Assembly: GCA_023247575.1 (NCBI GenBank)
Contig: JAHFGE010000003.1
Location: 24,940-66,597 of the forward strand
Length of the DNA: 41,658 nt
Source of the DNA: Candidatus Omnitrophota bacterium
Lineage (GTDB): Bacteria > Omnitrophota > Gorgyraeia > Zapsychrales > Fredricksoniimonadaceae
Reading direction: 5' to 3'
Under the pieces are notes generated by a model. It was not told the DNA's origin, made no database searches, and worked only from the letters and a program-made list of their open reading frames with translations. Numbering within the stretch: the stretch's first letter is position 1; each line of letters opens with the position of its first letter. The position numbers and the translations under genes were made by a program. This document shows positions 40,380-41,658 of this stretch, piece after piece.

Positions 40380-41658
40380 ATGAACAATCGTTTTGTTTGT
40401 ATTCATGGTCACTTTTACCAGCCGCCACGAGAAAATCCCTGGCTAGATGAGGTAGAGCTTCAAGATTCTGCCTTCCCTTACCATGATTGGAATGAACGCA
40501 TTAATTCTGAATGCTATGTGCGTAATGCCACCTCCCGTATCCTAGACGGCAACCATAAAATTGTTGATATTATCAATAATTATTCCAAGATCAGCTTCAA
40601 CTTTGGTCCTACCTTACTTTCTTGGCTAGAGCAAAAAGCACCAGACACTTATGCAGCCATCTTGGAAGCGGATCATTTAAGCCAAAAGAATTTTTCTGGT
40701 CATGGCAGTGCCTTAGCTCAGGTCTATAATCATATGATTATGCCTTTGGCTAATTCACGGGACAAAAGAACTCAGATACTGTGGGGTATTAGGGATTTTG
40801 AATACCGCTTCCGGCGTAAACCTGAAGGGATGTGGTTGCCAGAAACAGCGGTGGATTTAGAGACCCTTGATATGATGGCCGAATATGGTATCAAATTTAC
40901 TGTTTTAGCTCCTCATCAAGCTAAAGAAGTCAAAAAGATCCAACAGGATCTCCTTTGGCATGATGTCCAGGGCCAAAAGGTGGACCCTAAAGTGGCCTAT
41001 GTGTGCCACCTTCCTTCCGGACGGAAAATGAACATTTTCTTCTACCATAGCCCGATTGCCCGAGGGGTTGCGTTTGAAGGACTTTTAAATAATGGTGAAT
41101 ATTTTGCTAAGACACTCGTTCGTGAATTTGATAACAATAACACCAATGCCCAGCTCGTGCATATTGCAACCGACGGAGAAACTTATGGACATCACCATAA
41201 ATTTGGCGATATGGCTTTGGCGTATGGGCTACACTATATTCAGACCCATCAGCTGGCTCAATTGACGGTTTATGGAGAATTTCTAGATAAATTTCCCCCT
41301 CAGCAGGAGGTAACCATTGTAGAAAATTCTTCTTGGAGCTGTGTGCACGGCATAGAACGCTGGCGGTCTGATTGCGGTTGCTTTATCGGTGGACAGGTGG
41401 GATGGAAGCAACAATGGCGCCAGCCGCTTCGTAAAGCTTTAGATTGGCTCAGAGATCAACTTGTAGAAATCTATCAACAGCAAATCAGTGCATTCACTGC
41501 CGACGGCTGGGCGTTACGCAATCATTATATTGAACTTATCTTGGACCGTAGTCCACAGAACGTGAACCAGTTTATTAAAAACCATATTCCCCATCCGCTG
41601 GATGACGATCACCGCATTAAGTTATTGAAACTTTTGGAAATGCAGTATAACGCTCTTT
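40380..41658 (+). CDS. GH57 family glycoside hydrolase (DUF3536-type), 3'-truncated by window edge
   Basis: It is not in the ORF track because no stop is reached. I translated it by hand: MNNRFVCIHGHFYQPPRENPWLDEV.., GMWLPETAVD, HIATDGETYGHHHKFGD, SSWSCVHGIERWRSDCGC. The frame stays open to base 41658. Confidence 0.85.
   Translation, partial: MNNRFVCIHGHFYQPPRENPWLDEVELQDSAFPYHDWNERINSECYVRNATSRILDGNHKIVDIINNYSKISFNFGPTLLSWLEQKAPDTYAAILEADHLSQKNFSGHGSALAQVYNHMIMPLANSRDKRTQILWGIRDFEYRFRRKPEGMWLPETAVDLETLDMMAEYGIKFTVLAPHQAKEVKKIQQDLLWHDVQGQKVDPKVAYVCHLPSGRKMNIFFYHSPIARGVAFEGLLNNGEYFAKTLVREFDNNNTNAQLVHIATDGETYGHHHKFGDMALAYGLHYIQTHQLAQLTVYGEFLDKFPPQQEVTIVENSSWSCVHGIERWRSDCGCFIGGQVGWKQQWRQPLRKALDWLRDQLVEIYQQQISAFTADGWALRNHYIELILDRSPQNVNQFIKNHIPHPLDDDHRIKLLKLLEMQYNAL

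Noticed and set aside
1314-40412. About 40 minus-strand ORFs of 60-156 aa in the track, for example 7410-7778, 16251-16679, 29534-30004, 32673-33092 and 37932-38297.
   Set aside because: All but one lie entirely within a + strand gene that has clear family motifs. The exception is the 69-aa ORF at 10455-10664, which runs from the MFS 3' end across the intergenic gap into the first pseudopilin gene. Their low-complexity or odd composition is typical of antisense shadow ORFs, and I recognised no motifs in any of them.
1-41658. I looked for CRISPR arrays, tRNA/rRNA genes, IS elements, integrases and prophage genes.
   Set aside because: There are no regularly spaced direct repeats and no intergenic gap larger than about 190 nt. 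No transposase-, integrase- or recombinase-like ORF is present. The palindromic repeats are dispersed single units.

Overview
All convincing genes in this 41.7 kb window lie on the + strand, about 48 CDSs, many with 1-20 nt overlaps. I found no rRNA, tRNA, CRISPR array, transposase or integrase. No intergenic gap exceeds about 190 nt.

Gene order:
- TPR protein (5' partial), glgC, fabV.
- ECF sigma factor and zf-HC2 anti-sigma factor, then a CpxP/Spy-like periplasmic protein and a TolC-MacA-MacB efflux module.
- OsmC and an MFS transporter.
- Three orphan pseudopilin genes; the last is PilX/GspK-like with an Asn-rich beta-helix.
- kdpF-A-B-C, with no kdpDE.
- An accessory islet: an 18-nt poly-G tract, a repeat-riddled hypothetical gene, and a BrnT/BrnA toxin-antitoxin pair.
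- rimO, pgsA, pgpA, and a BaxI-like membrane protein.
- A nine-gene, tightly packed array of mostly uncharacterised small membrane or secreted proteins. It is built around a ParA/MinD-type ATPase fused to an AMPK-beta-like (CBM48) glycogen-binding domain.
- ppx, ppk1 and a ROK glucokinase.
- VapBC.
- A glycogen cluster: GT4/5-type synthase, DUF4912, GH57 branching enzyme, a divergent GH57-like protein, GH13 GlgB, a DUF2582-type wHTH protein, and a GH57/DUF3536 protein (3' partial).

Main findings:
- The ParA-CBM48 fusion and its operon are a candidate storage-granule positioning system. I cannot tie it to any described system.
- A dispersed palindromic repeat family (CCTTCGAC...CTCAGG...GAGCGAAGTCGAAGG) sits in frame inside at least four coding sequences.
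- A second family of GTAGRG...CYCTAC palindromes sits at gene ends.

The overall gene content reminds me of uncultured candidate-phylum bacteria such as Omnitrophota. That placement is from memory and unverified.
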